Of a stretch of 64,000 bases of DNA, positions 63,232 to 64,000 are shown piece after piece (within the stretch, counting starts at the first letter, position 1; each line of letters opens with the position of its first letter). Below the pieces are notes generated by a model. That model saw only the letters and a list, made by a program, of their open reading frames with translations. It ran no database searches and was not told the origin of the DNA. The stretch lies in the IMG/VR virus record IMGVR_UViG_3300023174_000039, positions 186,001 through 250,000 of that record; one strand, 5' to 3'. The position numbers and the translations under genes are program-made.

Positions 63232-64000
63232 GATTAGAATAGACGAAATTTACAACAACACTTTTTGGCCCTGGATTAATAATCAAATCCCTGGCACTAG
63301 AACATACTTCTGTGATCCACCTGGCCGCAGTGATCCAGATGCATTGTTTAACTTTGGTCGAGATGACATTCCCGAAAACGATTTTGTGTTTTTCCATGAT
63401 CAAGAACCTGTGCATTTAGATCTTCATAGACCTTTGTTTACACAGGTCAGAGAGTACACCGAAGACATTAGAAAAAGCAACGGCGATGTCAAAAAAGGCG
63501 GGCATGTAATTGTCAGCGAGCATGGAGAATACGTGCGTGAGTTGTGTCGTGCATACGGATGGAAGAGCCATTATTACTTTTATCATGGATGGGCTTGCAA
63601 GGATTGGTTTCGAGGATATGATAAAACTTTCTTGATCCCTCGAGCAAAAGACAGAGCTCCTACACGCACATTTATGAGTCCTAATAGGATTGTTGCCGGC
63701 AAACGAGATCACAGAGTTTTGTTTTTGTATAATGTATTTAAGCACGGGCTAGATCAAAATTATATTTCGGCTCCTAGAATATGTCCTTACGAAAATGTAG
63801 ATATTTCACAGATAGCACTCAAGTATAATAACATATATCCTGACATAGAGCAAGTGTTCTTGGCAGCAGAATTGCCTAGATTGTTTGCCGGCGAAGACAC
63901 TCAGATCATGACCAGCTGTTGGTTGGGCAACTATGCAGAAGCACAAGACAGTTTGGTGTATGTTCCTACAGAGACTGTGTACTTTGGCAAACGATTACAC
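63230..64000 (+). CDS. Hypothetical protein, possibly glycosyltransferase-like; runs off the right edge
   Basis: Not in the track. Open frame of 257 codons to the window end, MIRIDEIYNNTFWPW...FHDQEP...VPTETVYFGKRLH. Confidence 0.78.
   Translation, partial: MIRIDEIYNNTFWPWINNQIPGTRTYFCDPPGRSDPDALFNFGRDDIPENDFVFFHDQEPVHLDLHRPLFTQVREYTEDIRKSNGDVKKGGHVIVSEHGEYVRELCRAYGWKSHYYFYHGWACKDWFRGYDKTFLIPRAKDRAPTRTFMSPNRIVAGKRDHRVLFLYNVFKHGLDQNYISAPRICPYENVDISQIALKYNNIYPDIEQVFLAAELPRLFAGEDTQIMTSCWLGNYAEAQDSLVYVPTETVYFGKRLH

Noticed and set aside
1-64000. Bacterial chromosome or prophage origin; alternative genetic code
   Set aside because: No rRNA, integrase or housekeeping operons are present. Long genes are intact in code 11, and no suppressor tRNA (CTA, TTA, TCA) was seen.

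Overview
This window is 64 kb of a large T4-like or jumbo-type dsDNA bacteriophage genome. There is no rRNA and no bacterial housekeeping operon. Almost all genes lie on the + strand, tightly overlapping, under two promoter classes: sigma70-type TTGAC-17-TAnAAT and T4-late-like TAAATA. The host is probably a betaproteobacterium, inferred from the tmRNA tag ANDEQFALAA and TctC/Bug and DUF4214-like genes. Modules in order: partial fatty-acid desaturase; Dps and probable virion proteins including LysM; family B DNA polymerase and a clamp-like gene; a 7-deazaguanine DNA-modification set (DpdA, DpdL-like, FolE, QueD, QueE, no QueC in the window) interleaved with radical SAM, methyltransferase, glycosyltransferase and sugar enzymes; RNase H; an island of small early genes; 25 tRNA genes with long-helix structured spacers; a circularly permuted two-piece tmRNA whose intervening segment holds a 101-aa ORF; a surface-protein cassette; an NDP-heptose cluster; RpoZ; TctC; a MoxR/VWA pair; ThyX; and a 2047-aa protein with 21 Trp/Pro-rich repeats on the minus strand. 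The most unusual signals are the ORF-bearing permuted tmRNA, a leader-peptide attenuator upstream of tRNA-Trp, the spacer ncRNAs, a preQ1-I-like element upstream of queD, and the giant repeat protein. All calls come from reading the sequence by eye; no database searches were run.
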